Source: an uncultured Acidobacteriota bacterium (GTDB lineage Bacteria > Acidobacteriota > Vicinamibacteria > Vicinamibacterales > 2-12-FULL-66-21). Taken from it: a stretch of 64,000 nucleotides of DNA. Every line of letters begins with the position of its first letter. Within the stretch, counting starts at the first letter, position 1. Location: assembly GCA_963830815.1 (NCBI GenBank), contig CAWHNN010000017.1:29750-93749 (forward strand), in the 5' to 3' direction. The translations under genes and the position numbers were made by a program. The notes under the pieces were generated by a model. It did no database searches and had not been told where the DNA came from. It saw only the letters and a program-made list of their open reading frames with translations. Shown here piece by piece: positions 1-9,458 of the stretch.

Positions 1-870
1 CTGCCGTACATGGACTTCGTTGCCAGGCGCATCTTCGCGCCGCTGAAGCTGACGTCCGCGCGATTCAAAGTGAACGGCGACGTCGTCGCCAATCGCGCCG
101 ACGGCTATCTCTTCTCTGACGGCTCGTTCCGGCACGGCGAGACGCTGCGGCCGGCGATCATCGCCGCCAACGGCGGCGTGATGATGAACGCCGTGGATTT
201 CGCCCGCTGGGATATCGCGATTACTCGAGGCGAGCTCCTGCGCAAGTCGAGCCTGGACGCCATGACGACACCGGTGCGCCTCACCAACGGCCGCAGCGTG
301 AGCCATGGCCTCGGCTGGTTCATGGACCGCTTCAACGGCCATCGCTTCGGCGCTCACTGGGGCACGACCGTCACCGGCCACTCGGCGGTGATCCGGCGCT
401 ACACCGATGATCGCGTGACGGTCATCGTGCTCGGGAACGTCGACGATGGCGGACAAGCGGTCGATTCGATGAGCAAACGCATCGCCGACATCTACGTGCC
501 GGGCGTCGCCATCCAGGGCCTGAAGGCGACGACCGACCCGCGTCCATCCGAGACCGCTCTTCTCAGGAAGGCGCTCGAGGACGTGAGTGCCGGAACGGAG
601 ACCGAAGCGGCCCCCGGCCTCGCCAAGCGCCTTCCGGCACCGGTTCGAGAACGGATCGCTGCCGCCCTGCGCGCGAACAAGCCGCTGGAGTACCTGGGAG
701 AAGAGAAGGTCGACGATTCGCACTTCAACCTGGATCCGTCGCTGACGACGAACCGTTGGTACCGAACGGTCACACCTGCCGGCGCACGATTCTTCACGCT
801 ACGGCTGTCGGCGACTGGTACGCTGCTCGGAGCTCTCATCGAAGAATTAGATCGGCTTCGCCGGGGGAAT
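1..870 (+). CDS. beta-lactamase-family serine hydrolase, C-terminal part (5' end outside window; 3' end ambiguous)
   Basis: Frame of ORF 10..1929, open from base 1. GYLFSDGSF, GGVMMNAVDFARWD, HGLGWF and VTVIVLGN resemble the C-terminal half of penicillin-binding-fold esterases. There is no in-frame stop before the next gene. The AT-rich gaagaattag at 841-850 looks like a gene end. Confidence 0.55.
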
Positions 871-951
871 AACGGCGTCGGTTACCCTTGTAAGCGCTTA
901 TCCGCGAGCCGCCGTAGACAGACGATCGGAAACGAATTCAGTGGAGGATGC

Positions 952-1929
952 ATGAAGGTTGCAATGACTCTCGTGGCGGCCATGGCTATTGCCGCCCCGG
1001 CACGCGCACAGCACGTTCACGATCAGGCCGCCCAGGCTCCAGCGCCAGCCGCACAGCAGCATGTGCACGAACAGGCGCCGCCGGCGCAGGCGCCACCGGC
1101 TCCAGGGCCCGGCCAGCGTGGTCCACAAACCCCGCCGATCGACGTCCCGTGGAACGACGCAATCCCGGCCGGAACTGTCGACCACGCCGCCAGGGCGCTC
1201 AAGGACTCCCCGCGTCATGGCGAGTGGGCAGACATCAAGATGGCCGACGGAACGGTCCTGAAGTCATGGGTCGTCTATCCGGAGAAGGCGACGAAGACCG
1301 GCGTCGTCATCGTGATTCACGACATCCGTGGCATGGCCGACATCACTCGCGCGGTTGGCGATCAACTGGCGCAGGACGGCTTCATCGCCATCGTTCCAGA
1401 CTTCCTCTCGGGCAAGGGGCCTGATGGTGGCGGCACGGCGTCGCTCGGGACGGGCGTCGGGCAGGCGATTCAGGGGCTCTCACCCGCCGACGTCAAGGCG
1501 CGGCTGGATGCCGCAATGGACTACGGCAAGAAGCTTCCGGCCTCCAACGGCAAGACCGGCGTCGTCGGGTTCTGCTGGGGCGGAGCGCGGAGCTTCGGGT
1601 ATGCGGCGTCGCAGCCGAACCTCAACGCGGCAGTGGTTTATTACGGCGATGCGCCGGGCGCGAACGACGGCACCCTCGAGACACAGCTGGCCAACGTCAA
1701 GGCACCCGTGCTCGGGCTCTATGCCGGCAACGACGCGCGCATTGGCGCCACGGTCCCCCCGACGGAAGCCGCGATGAAGAAGCTGGGCAAGGGTTACGAG
1801 GTGCACACGTTCGAAGGCGCGGGTCACGGCTTCATGGGCAACCAGGCAGGAGCCGCGGGAGCCAATTTGAAGGCCGCCGAACAGTCCTGGCCGCTGGCCG
1901 TGCAATTTTTCACGAAGAACTTGAAGTAG
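952..1929 (+). CDS. dienelactone hydrolase family protein, secreted
   Basis: ATG 952 is preceded by GGAGGA (943-948). Signal-like MKVAMTLVAAMAIAAPARA, a His/Pro/Ala-rich linker, the VVGFCWGG nucleophile motif and a C-terminal GAGHGF. Confidence 0.8.
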   Translation: MKVAMTLVAAMAIAAPARAQHVHDQAAQAPAPAAQQHVHEQAPPAQAPPAPGPGQRGPQTPPIDVPWNDAIPAGTVDHAARALKDSPRHGEWADIKMADGTVLKSWVVYPEKATKTGVVIVIHDIRGMADITRAVGDQLAQDGFIAIVPDFLSGKGPDGGGTASLGTGVGQAIQGLSPADVKARLDAAMDYGKKLPASNGKTGVVGFCWGGARSFGYAASQPNLNAAVVYYGDAPGANDGTLETQLANVKAPVLGLYAGNDARIGATVPPTEAAMKKLGKGYEVHTFEGAGHGFMGNQAGAAGANLKAAEQSWPLAVQFFTKNLK

Positions 1930-1962
1930 CGCGCGACTTTAGTCGCGCGTCATCTCTTTCTT
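1929..1962 (+). terminator. possible intrinsic terminator after the dienelactone hydrolase gene
   Basis: Inverted repeat GCGCGCGACT / AGTCGCGCGT directly after the stop codon, followed by T-rich CATCTCTTTCTT. Confidence 0.4.
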
Positions 1963-2370
1963 ATGACCACCGCCGAAGACGATGCCCTCGTCTTGACCTT
2001 CGAAGCCGGGCGAGAACCGGACGGCGGATTTCACCACCGTGAGCATGTCCGCGTGGCCTGGTACTACTTGCAGCGCCACGCTCTTCCCGAAGCGCTCGTG
2101 CGATTCAGCACGGCGCTTCGGAACTTCGCCGCCGCCCAGGGCAAACCCGGCCTCTATCACGAGACCATCACCACCGCGTATCTGCTCCTCATCAACGAGC
2201 GGCTCGACGGCGACGTTCGTCAGCTTGCGTGGACGGCGTTCGCCGACCGCAATCCGGATCTCCTGACGTGGAAACCGTCAGTGCTGCACCGCTACTACCA
2301 CGCCGAAACGCTGGCGTCGGACCGCGCGCGGCGGACGTTTCTCCTCCCCGACCGCCTGGCGACCGAGTAG
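1963..2370 (+). CDS. conserved hypothetical protein (135 aa)
   Basis: Intact ORF with GC3-biased codons. No motif I can name (HHREHVRVAWYYL, YHETITTAYLLLI). No Shine-Dalgarno upstream. Confidence 0.5.
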   Translation: MTTAEDDALVLTFEAGREPDGGFHHREHVRVAWYYLQRHALPEALVRFSTALRNFAAAQGKPGLYHETITTAYLLLINERLDGDVRQLAWTAFADRNPDLLTWKPSVLHRYYHAETLASDRARRTFLLPDRLATE

Positions 2371-2437
2371 CGCCGGTCATCAGGATTTCACAAACGGCAC
2401 AGCACCGGCCGTGGGAGACGCTGGCTACAATAGCTTC

Positions 2438-4246
2438 ATGGGGACGTTTTCCACTGTGATTCGCGGCGCCCGCTTCCGTTGCTTTCTCGCCGTATCTACG
2501 GCTCTCGCGCTCACGGCCTCGACACCTCACGCCATTCCGGCCCAGGAGATTGAACGGTTTCAGCCTCCCGCGGTTGGCTTTCCGCCCGCCGCCGAGCGCG
2601 CGTACCGCGCGCTGGCGACGCGCGTCGATGGCCTTGCGGCGATGGAAACCGTGCGCCACATGGATCAGTTCTGGCGCATCTCCGGCAATCCGGGCTTCAA
2701 CAGCTCGATCGACTACATAGCCAGGCGGCTGCTGGCTTCCGGATTCGCGGACGCGCCAAACAAGGACGGACGGCCCTTCATCCGCGTCGAGGAATGGGGC
2801 CAGTCGCGGGGCTGGGACTATCAGATCGGCACGGTCGCGGCGGCCGACGATGGCGAAGTCCTGCTTTCGCGACTTCGCGATCGCGTGTCGCTCTGCATCA
2901 ACTCGTTCTCGACGGCCAAGGGCGGCGTCACGGCGCGGCTCATCGACGTCGGTGACGGCAGCCAGGCTTCTCAATTCGAGAACCTCGACGTCAAAGGCGC
3001 GGTCGTGCTCGGCGATGCCGATATCGGCCGGTTGTGGCAGAACGCGGTGAAAGCCCGTGGCGCGATTGGCGTCATCTCGACGCGCATCGCGCCGTATATC
3101 CGGCCTGCGGATGCGAAGCTCTTCACTTCGCCTGAACAGCAGGATGTCCTCCAGTGGGGCGCTATCCCCTACGATGCGGACGTCAAAGGATTCGGCTTCA
3201 AGACGAGCTGGCGCGCGGCGGCGCGCATGCGCGAGCGCCTGAAGAAGGGGCCGATGCAGATCAAGGTCGACATCGAGTCGACGTTCTACAACACGCCGAA
3301 CCGCTCCCTCATCGCCGAGATTCCCGGGACCGTGAAGCCGGACGAGCGCGTGGTGCTGGCGGCGCACGTGCAGGAGCCCGGCGCCAATGACGATGCCAGC
3401 GGCTGCGGCACGCTGCTGGCAGCTGCCGCTGCCCTGGCGCAGGTATACGGTCCGCGCGCCTTGCAGGGACCGGGCCGGACCATCACGTTCCTGTGGATTG
3501 ACGAGATTCGCGGCAGCAAGCAGTGGCTGGGCGCCGATCCCGCGCGCGCCAAAGGTGTCCAATACATGCTCTCGCTCGACATGACCGGCGAGGACACGGC
3601 AAAAACCGGCGGCACCTTTCTCATCGAGAAGCAGGCCGATCCGAGCGCTGTATGGGTGCGCCCTTCCGATCCTCACACCGAATGGGGCGCCAGCCAGGTG
3701 AAGGCGGAATCCCTCAAGGGCAGCCTGCTGAACGACGTCCACCTCGCCGTCGCCATGCGCCGCGCGAAAGATACGAAATGGGTGGTGAGAACCAATCCCT
3801 ACGAAGGCGGGAGCGATCACACAGCCTTCGCCGAAGCCGGCGTGCCGTCCCTCCTCAACTGGCACTTCACGGATCGCTACTACCACACGAATCTCGATCG
3901 GCCGGACAAGACCAGTCAGGCCGAGATGATCAACGTCGGCGTGACCGTCGCGACGACTGCGTGGTTGCTGTCCTCCGCAGACGAGCACGACGCCACCAGC
4001 GTCCTGCAACTGCTCGCGGCGTCGGCTGGCGCACGCCTCGCGCTCGAGCGCAAGCAAGGTGCCGGGCTCGTCGCGGCTGCGAGCGATCGCGCGGCGGCTC
4101 AATCCACGGAGACGGCCGTCGTCGCCGCGTGGAAGAAGTGGTACGACGAGGCGCTCGACAGTGTGAGGCGGCTGCCGGCCAAAGGTCCATCGCCTGCACT
4201 CGACGCCAGGGTTGCGCGGGCGCAAGAGGAGCTCAAGGCGCAGTGA
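2438..4246 (+). CDS. M28 family metallopeptidase (aminopeptidase), secreted
   Basis: PGANDDASGCG, LSLDMTGED and GGSDHTAFAEAGVP are M28 zinc-ligand motifs. ATG 2438 gives the signal-like MGTFSTVIRGARFRCFLAVSTALALTA. The ORF track starts at GTG 2411. Confidence 0.85.
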   Translation: MGTFSTVIRGARFRCFLAVSTALALTASTPHAIPAQEIERFQPPAVGFPPAAERAYRALATRVDGLAAMETVRHMDQFWRISGNPGFNSSIDYIARRLLASGFADAPNKDGRPFIRVEEWGQSRGWDYQIGTVAAADDGEVLLSRLRDRVSLCINSFSTAKGGVTARLIDVGDGSQASQFENLDVKGAVVLGDADIGRLWQNAVKARGAIGVISTRIAPYIRPADAKLFTSPEQQDVLQWGAIPYDADVKGFGFKTSWRAAARMRERLKKGPMQIKVDIESTFYNTPNRSLIAEIPGTVKPDERVVLAAHVQEPGANDDASGCGTLLAAAAALAQVYGPRALQGPGRTITFLWIDEIRGSKQWLGADPARAKGVQYMLSLDMTGEDTAKTGGTFLIEKQADPSAVWVRPSDPHTEWGASQVKAESLKGSLLNDVHLAVAMRRAKDTKWVVRTNPYEGGSDHTAFAEAGVPSLLNWHFTDRYYHTNLDRPDKTSQAEMINVGVTVATTAWLLSSADEHDATSVLQLLAASAGARLALERKQGAGLVAAASDRAAAQSTETAVVAAWKKWYDEALDSVRRLPAKGPSPALDARVARAQEELKAQ

Positions 4247-4989
4247 TCACAGACGGCGCTCAGCGAGCGCTGGCAGAGCTCGGACGCAGGATCAATGACG
4301 CCCGGCGCGTCACGATCCTGACCGGGGCCGGCGTCTCGGCCGCGAGCGGCGTGCCGACGTTTCGCGGCTCCGGCGGTCTGTGGCGGACGTATCGCGCAGA
4401 GGATCTGGCGACACCGGCTGCCTTTCATCGCAATCCAGAGCTCGTCTGGGAGTGGTACGACTGGCGTCGCGGCAGCATCGCGCTATGCCGGCCGAATCCG
4501 GCGCATGAAGTCCTGGCGCGCCTGTCACGACGGCCAGGCGTCACACTCATCACCCAGAACGTTGACGGATTGCACGAGCTCGCAGGGGCCGAGGATGTGA
4601 TCCGGCTGCATGGCTCGATCTGGCGATTGCGCTGCGCCCTCGACTGCGGCGAAGCACCCGCGTCCTGGGAGGACCGGCGGACGCCGCTGCCGGAACTGCC
4701 GCCGCGCTGTCCCGGTTGCGGCGGCTACGCCCGCCCGGCGGTGGTGTGGTTTGGCGAGGCCCTCGATACCGGGGTCCTCAACCGATCGATCGAGGCGACG
4801 GCGTGTGACGTCTACCTCTCGATTGGAACGTCGTCACTCGTACAGCCAGCCGCAGGATTCGCTGCCCGCGCGAGGAGCCGGGGCGCCTACACGGTGGAGA
4901 TCAATCCGGTCGCGACCGACGCTGCGCTCTATCTCGACAACGCGATTGCGCTACCCGCCGAAGTCGCTCTACCTGCCCTGGGTATCTGA
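4243..4989 (+). CDS. cobB: NAD-dependent protein deacylase (Sir2 family)
   Basis: GAGVSAASGVPTFRG, TQNVDGLH, a Zn ribbon CxxC...CPGCGG and VVWFGE. GTG 4243 overlaps the upstream stop (GTGA). Confidence 0.9.
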   Translation: MITDGAQRALAELGRRINDARRVTILTGAGVSAASGVPTFRGSGGLWRTYRAEDLATPAAFHRNPELVWEWYDWRRGSIALCRPNPAHEVLARLSRRPGVTLITQNVDGLHELAGAEDVIRLHGSIWRLRCALDCGEAPASWEDRRTPLPELPPRCPGCGGYARPAVVWFGEALDTGVLNRSIEATACDVYLSIGTSSLVQPAAGFAARARSRGAYTVEINPVATDAALYLDNAIALPAEVALPALGI

Positions 4990-4993
4990 CGTG

Positions 4994-5022
4994 GAGTCCG
5001 GCTTCAGCCGGAGCCGGACCTC
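4994..5022. terminator. hairpin between convergent cobB and dcd
   Basis: TCCGGC (4997-5002), loop TTCA, GCCGGA (5007-5012), with extended alternative pairing GAGTCCGGCT/AGCCGGACCTC. Confidence 0.45.
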
Positions 5023-5577
5023 TCAAATCCGCGGCAGCGTCACGTCCCTCTGCTTGAGGTACTTGCCCTTCTTGTCGGCGTACGAGATCTCGCACACCTC
5101 GTCACTCTGGAAGAACAGCACCTGCGCGATGCCCTCGTTGGCGTAGATCTTTGCCGGGAGCGGCGTCGTGTTCGAGATCTCCAGCGTCACAGTCCCCTCC
5201 CACTCGGGCTCGAAGGGGGTGACATTGACGATGATGCCGCAACGGGCGTAGGTGGACTTCCCGAGGCAGACGGTCAGGACATCGCGCGGGATGCGGAAGT
5301 ATTCGATCGTCCGCGCCAGGGCGAACGAGTTCGGCGGCACGATGCAGACGTCGGTCTTGACGTCGACGAACGAGCGCGGATCGAACTGCTTGGGATCGAT
5401 GACGGTGTTGTTGATGTTCGTGAAGATCTTGAACTCGTCGGCGACGCGAATGTCGTAGCCGTACGACGAGAGGCCGTAGGAGACGACGCCGGCGCGTACC
5501 TGACGGTCCTCGAAGGGCTCGATCATCCCATGCTCGAGCGCCATCTTCTTGATCCACCGGTCGGCTTTTATCGCCAA
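5023..5577 (-). CDS. dcd: dCTP deaminase
   Basis: Full-length match to the Dcd pattern ([29 protein letters not shown]). TTG start with GGAGGGGGA just upstream. Confidence 0.93.
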   Translation of the reverse strand: MAIKADRWIKKMALEHGMIEPFEDRQVRAGVVSYGLSSYGYDIRVADEFKIFTNINNTVIDPKQFDPRSFVDVKTDVCIVPPNSFALARTIEYFRIPRDVLTVCLGKSTYARCGIIVNVTPFEPEWEGTVTLEISNTTPLPAKIYANEGIAQVLFFQSDEVCEISYADKKGKYLKQRDVTLPRI

Positions 5578-5587
5578 TCCCCCTCCG

Positions 5588-5782
5588 TTATCGCCGTAGA
5601 AAGGCCAGCACCAGCGTGAGAATCACGCTGGCCACGATGCACGTCACGATCGGGAAATATACCGTCGTCCCGCCACGGCGGTAGGTGATGTCGCCCGGCA
5701 GGCGGCCGATGGGCAGGCCGAGCATCACCAGCAGCCCGACACAGGCGATCAGCAGGCCGACGACGACGAGCAGCTTGCCCAC
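5588..5782 (-). CDS. small membrane protein, DUF2905-like
   Basis: 64 aa with two hydrophobic helices flanking [20 protein letters not shown]. Confidence 0.7.
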   Translation of the reverse strand: MGKLLVVVGLLIACVGLLVMLGLPIGRLPGDITYRRGGTTVYFPIVTCIVASVILTLVLAFLRR

Positions 5783-5789
5783 AGCCGTG

Positions 5790-6206
5790 CTACCGGTTCA
5801 ACTCGATTCCCGGAAAGAAGTACCCGAGCTCGAACGCCGCGGTTTCCGGCGCGTCGGAACCGTGCGTCGCATTGTTCTCGATCGAGGCGCCGAACTCCTT
5901 GCGCAGCGTCCCGGCGTCGGCCTTGGCCGGGTCGGTGGCGCCCATGAGCGTGCGCCACTTCTTGATCGCGTCCGGCGCTTCGAGGGCCAGGACAACGACC
6001 GGCCCCGACGACATGAATGCCGTGAGGCTGTTGAAGAAGGGGCGTTCGCGGTGGACGGCGTAGAAACCCTCCGCGTCGCGGACCGACAGCTGCCGCAGCT
6101 GCATCGCCAGGATCCGGAACCCGGCCTCTTCGATGCGCTGAATGATTTTTCCCGTGTAGCCAGCCTTGACGGCGTCTGGCTTGATGATGGCGAACGTCGT
6201 TTGCAT
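5790..6206 (-). CDS. ndk: nucleoside-diphosphate kinase
   Basis: [17 protein letters not shown] and NATHGSD (active-site His). ATG at 6204-6206. Confidence 0.93.
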   Translation of the reverse strand: MQTTFAIIKPDAVKAGYTGKIIQRIEEAGFRILAMQLRQLSVRDAEGFYAVHRERPFFNSLTAFMSSGPVVVLALEAPDAIKKWRTLMGATDPAKADAGTLRKEFGASIENNATHGSDAPETAAFELGYFFPGIELNR

Positions 6207-6331
6207 ATCCGAACAATTATATCGAGATTCGCCAATGGCCGGAGCGGGTCGGTCTGGGTAAGGCCGGACGTCAGGAAATACAGGTGGCGTCCGTGTTAAA
6301 TCTCGCGTCAACGGTTGGGGCCTGACCTGCC

Positions 6332-8401
6332 CTACCGCCTGACCAGCTCTGACGTCTCCCCGGGCTTCAGGAACTTGTCGTACCACGCGAGGTAGCGCTC
6401 GAAGCGATCGACGCGATAACTCGGCGTCGTGATCGCGTGGTGCTGACCGGGATAAATCACCAGCTCGGTCTTGACGTCCAGGCTGCGCAGCGCCTGATAC
6501 ATCTGCTCGCTGCCGATGAGCGGCACGTTGAAATCCTTCTCCCCGCACATGAACAGCGTCGGCGTCTTGATGCGATCCGCATGGAAGAACGGATAGGAGA
6601 GCTTGAGCCACAGGTCCTGCGACTTCCACGGCGGACCGAGCTCGTGCTCGTACTGCTGGATGTACTGATCGCTTCCGTACATCGAAATCTGATTCGAGCT
6701 GCCGGCGCCGCTCGTGGCCGCCTTGAAGCGGCGGTCGCTGGCGATCGTGTAGTTGGTCAGGATGCCGCCGTAACTCCATCCGCCGATGCCAAGGCGATCG
6801 GGATCGATGAAGCCCAGCTTCTCCACGTGGTCCATGGCGCCGAGGAGATCGACGACTTCCTTGTTGCCCCAGTCCGCGAAAATGGCCTTCTGATACGCAT
6901 TGCCGCGGCCGTTGCTGCCGCGGTAGTTGACGGCGACGACGACGTAGCCGTTCGCCGCAAACAACTCCCGTTCGAAGTTGAACGAGTGCTCGTCCTGGGA
7001 GTTCGGACCGCCGTGGATCCTGAGGAGCGCCGGATAGCGCCGGCCGGGAGTAAACGTCGGCGGCTTGACGATCAGGCCGTGGACTTCGGTCTTGTCGGCG
7101 CTCGTCGACGAGAACTCCTCGGTCGATCCCGAGAAGCACGCCGCCGAGCCACGCGTCGTTGTGCGTCGTCAGCTTGCGCAAGCGCCGTTCTCGAGCGCAT
7201 GGACTTCCGGGAGCGTCGTCGCGGTCGACGCGAGAACAGCAAACGCGTCATCAGGGCCGCGCGAGAGTGCGGTGACGACGCGGCGCCCGTCGGTGACCCG
7301 CTCGACCGATCCGCCAGCTGCAGCGACCTTGCCGACCAGCTGCGAACGGTCGTCAACGAACCCGAACGTGATGCTGCGGCCGTCCCCAGTCCAGACCGGC
7401 GTGTTAATCGGACGATCGAGCGACGTCGTCAGCACGCGAACAGGGCCGCCGGAAGCCGGGACGACACCCAGGCTCGCCTGATCGTAGGCTGAATATTTGA
7501 CCTCGTCGCCCAGCCGAAACGCGATCTGTTTTCCGTCCGGGCTCCAGCTGAGCGGCCCCGTTTCTTCCGCTGTCGCGTTCGTCAGGCGGCGCGCCACCGC
7601 GCCGGCGCGGGCGTCGATTACGAACAGATCCGAGTTCGGCAGGAGGTCGACGTCGCCGCTCTCGCGATGCCGCCGCACGAATGCGATCTGGCGGCCGTCT
7701 GGCGACCACGCCGGGGCTGTTTCGTCGAACGACCCGGGCGTGAGCACCTCGGCTCGCCTGCCCGCGACGTCAAACAGATAGAGATGGTTGCGTTCTCCCC
7801 GCAGATAGCCGTCGGCGTCGGACTTGAAGTAGATAGCGATCGACGACGATCGGCTTGGCAGTCTTTGCCGGGGCCGCCTCGTCTTCATCCGTGTCCGCCA
7901 GCCTTGGGATCCGGCTGGGCCACGACGAGCGCGAGGCGACCGGCTGTCTGGGGACCAGGCGTAGTCGGTGATGCCGCCCTTGATGTCCGTGAGCTTTGCG
8001 GCTTCCCCGCCGCGCCCGATTGAGCACCCACAGCTGCGCAGCTTTCGCACCCTGCCGGGACGAGAGGAACGACAGGGACTTGCCGTCCGGGCTCCAGCGC
8101 GGGCGGGATTCGTTGTCTGGAGTGGAGGTCAGCTGGACCTGCTCGCGGCCGTCCCAGCTCACCATCCATACATCGGTGTCGTTCTTGTCGGTCTCGCGGA
8201 TCGCCCGGGTGACCGTATAGGCGACCCACTTCCCGTCCGGCGATCGCTGCGGATCGCGGACGTCCCGCACGTCGTAGAGGTTGTCGACGGCAAGCGGTCG
8301 CTTGCCTTGCGAGGCGGGGCGGCTTTCCGCCGCCACCAGCGTGAGCAAGAGCGCCAAGCGCAGCCAGCCGCGGCCACGGCCGGCGTCCGCGCCAGGCGCA
8401 T
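6332..8401 (-). CDS. S9 (prolyl oligopeptidase family) serine peptidase with beta-propeller; about 7 frame breaks
   Basis: Pieces in three frames join colinearly. Signal [13 protein letters not shown], repeated SPDGK/WSPDG propeller motifs, then the catalytic domain GGWSYGG (ORF 6332..6964). The start ATG overlaps the korB stop (TAATG). Confidence 0.8.
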
Positions 8402-9456
8402 TAGCGCAGAGACTCCATCACTTCGTCGAGCACGGCCTTCCCTGGACGCACTCGCTCAATCGGCAGCCCCGCCAGCGGCTCGTCGACGATGCCCAGCAAC
8501 GAGACGAAGTCTTCCTTGTCGGGCTCGATGTAGAGCACGCCGGTGGCAAACTCGCCGCGACGCTCCGTCTCGTGCAGGAGGCGCAGCGCGGTCAGCTTGT
8601 CCGTCGGGTTGTAGTCGGCGGCGACCTTCTTCAAATACAACTTCGAGCCATCGTGCATGTCGACGGCCTTCGTCGTCCCCGGCTCGTACTCGACGCTGAT
8701 GTCCTCGAAGAACGGCACGAAGCTGACCTCGCCCATCACCTCGTCGTGATCCTTGGCGTAGGCGTAGCTCTTCGTCGAACCCTCGTGGTCGTTGAAGGTG
8801 ACGCACGGTGACAGCACGTCGATCATCGCCGTGCCTTTGTGCGCCAGCGCGGCCTTGAGGATCGCGAGCAGCTGCTTTTTGTCGCCCGAGAACGAGCGCG
8901 CCACGAATGACGCTCCGAGTTCGATCGCCAGCCGGCACGTGTCGATCGGCGGCAGGTCGTTGGCGATGCCGTTCTTCGCCTTGGAGCCGAGGTCCGCCGT
9001 CGGCGAGAACTGCCCCTTCGTGAGGCCGTAGCAGCCGTTGTCTTCGATGATGTAGATGATCGGCAGGTTGCGGCGCATCAGGTGCACGAATTGGCCGATG
9101 CCAATCGCGCCCGTGTCGCCGTCGCCGCTGACGCCGATGGCGATGAGCTTGCGGTTCGCGAGCACCGCACCGGTCCCGACCGAGGGCATCCGCCCATGGA
9201 CGGTGTTGAAGCCGTGCGACGCGCCGAGGAAATAGGCCGGGCTCTTGCTCGAGCAGCCGATGCCCGAGAGCTTGATGACCTGCGTCGGGTCGATGCCCAT
9301 CTCGTAGAACGCTTCGATGATGCGTTCCGAGATGGCGTTGTGCCCGCAGCCGGCGCACAGCGTCGTCTTGCCGCCGCGATACGGCTGCATCTCGAGCCCG
9401 ATGCGATTGACCTTCTTTACTGGCAGCGGCGCTTCTGGTGTTGGTGTGGTGGACAT
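8401..9456 (-). CDS. korB: 2-oxoglutarate/2-oxoacid:ferredoxin oxidoreductase, beta subunit
   Basis: MSTTPTPE start at 9456. CAGCGH, and the GDGDTGAIG thiamine-diphosphate motif. Intact. Confidence 0.9.
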   Translation of the reverse strand: MSTTPTPEAPLPVKKVNRIGLEMQPYRGGKTTLCAGCGHNAISERIIEAFYEMGIDPTQVIKLSGIGCSSKSPAYFLGASHGFNTVHGRMPSVGTGAVLANRKLIAIGVSGDGDTGAIGIGQFVHLMRRNLPIIYIIEDNGCYGLTKGQFSPTADLGSKAKNGIANDLPPIDTCRLAIELGASFVARSFSGDKKQLLAILKAALAHKGTAMIDVLSPCVTFNDHEGSTKSYAYAKDHDEVMGEVSFVPFFEDISVEYEPGTTKAVDMHDGSKLYLKKVAADYNPTDKLTALRLLHETERRGEFATGVLYIEPDKEDFVSLLGIVDEPLAGLPIERVRPGKAVLDEVMESLR

Positions 9457-9458
9457 GA

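Noticed and set aside
2192-4225. 677-aa ORF antisense to the M28 peptidase. Similar long antisense ORFs occur at 14362..15582, 25375..26478, 43811..45049, 55488..56618 and 61148..62122.
   Set aside because: These are typical shadow ORFs of GC-rich DNA. Their translations are Arg/Ala/Pro/Gly-rich and low-complexity with no recognisable motifs. Each lies exactly opposite a gene with strong family motifs and GC3 codon bias.
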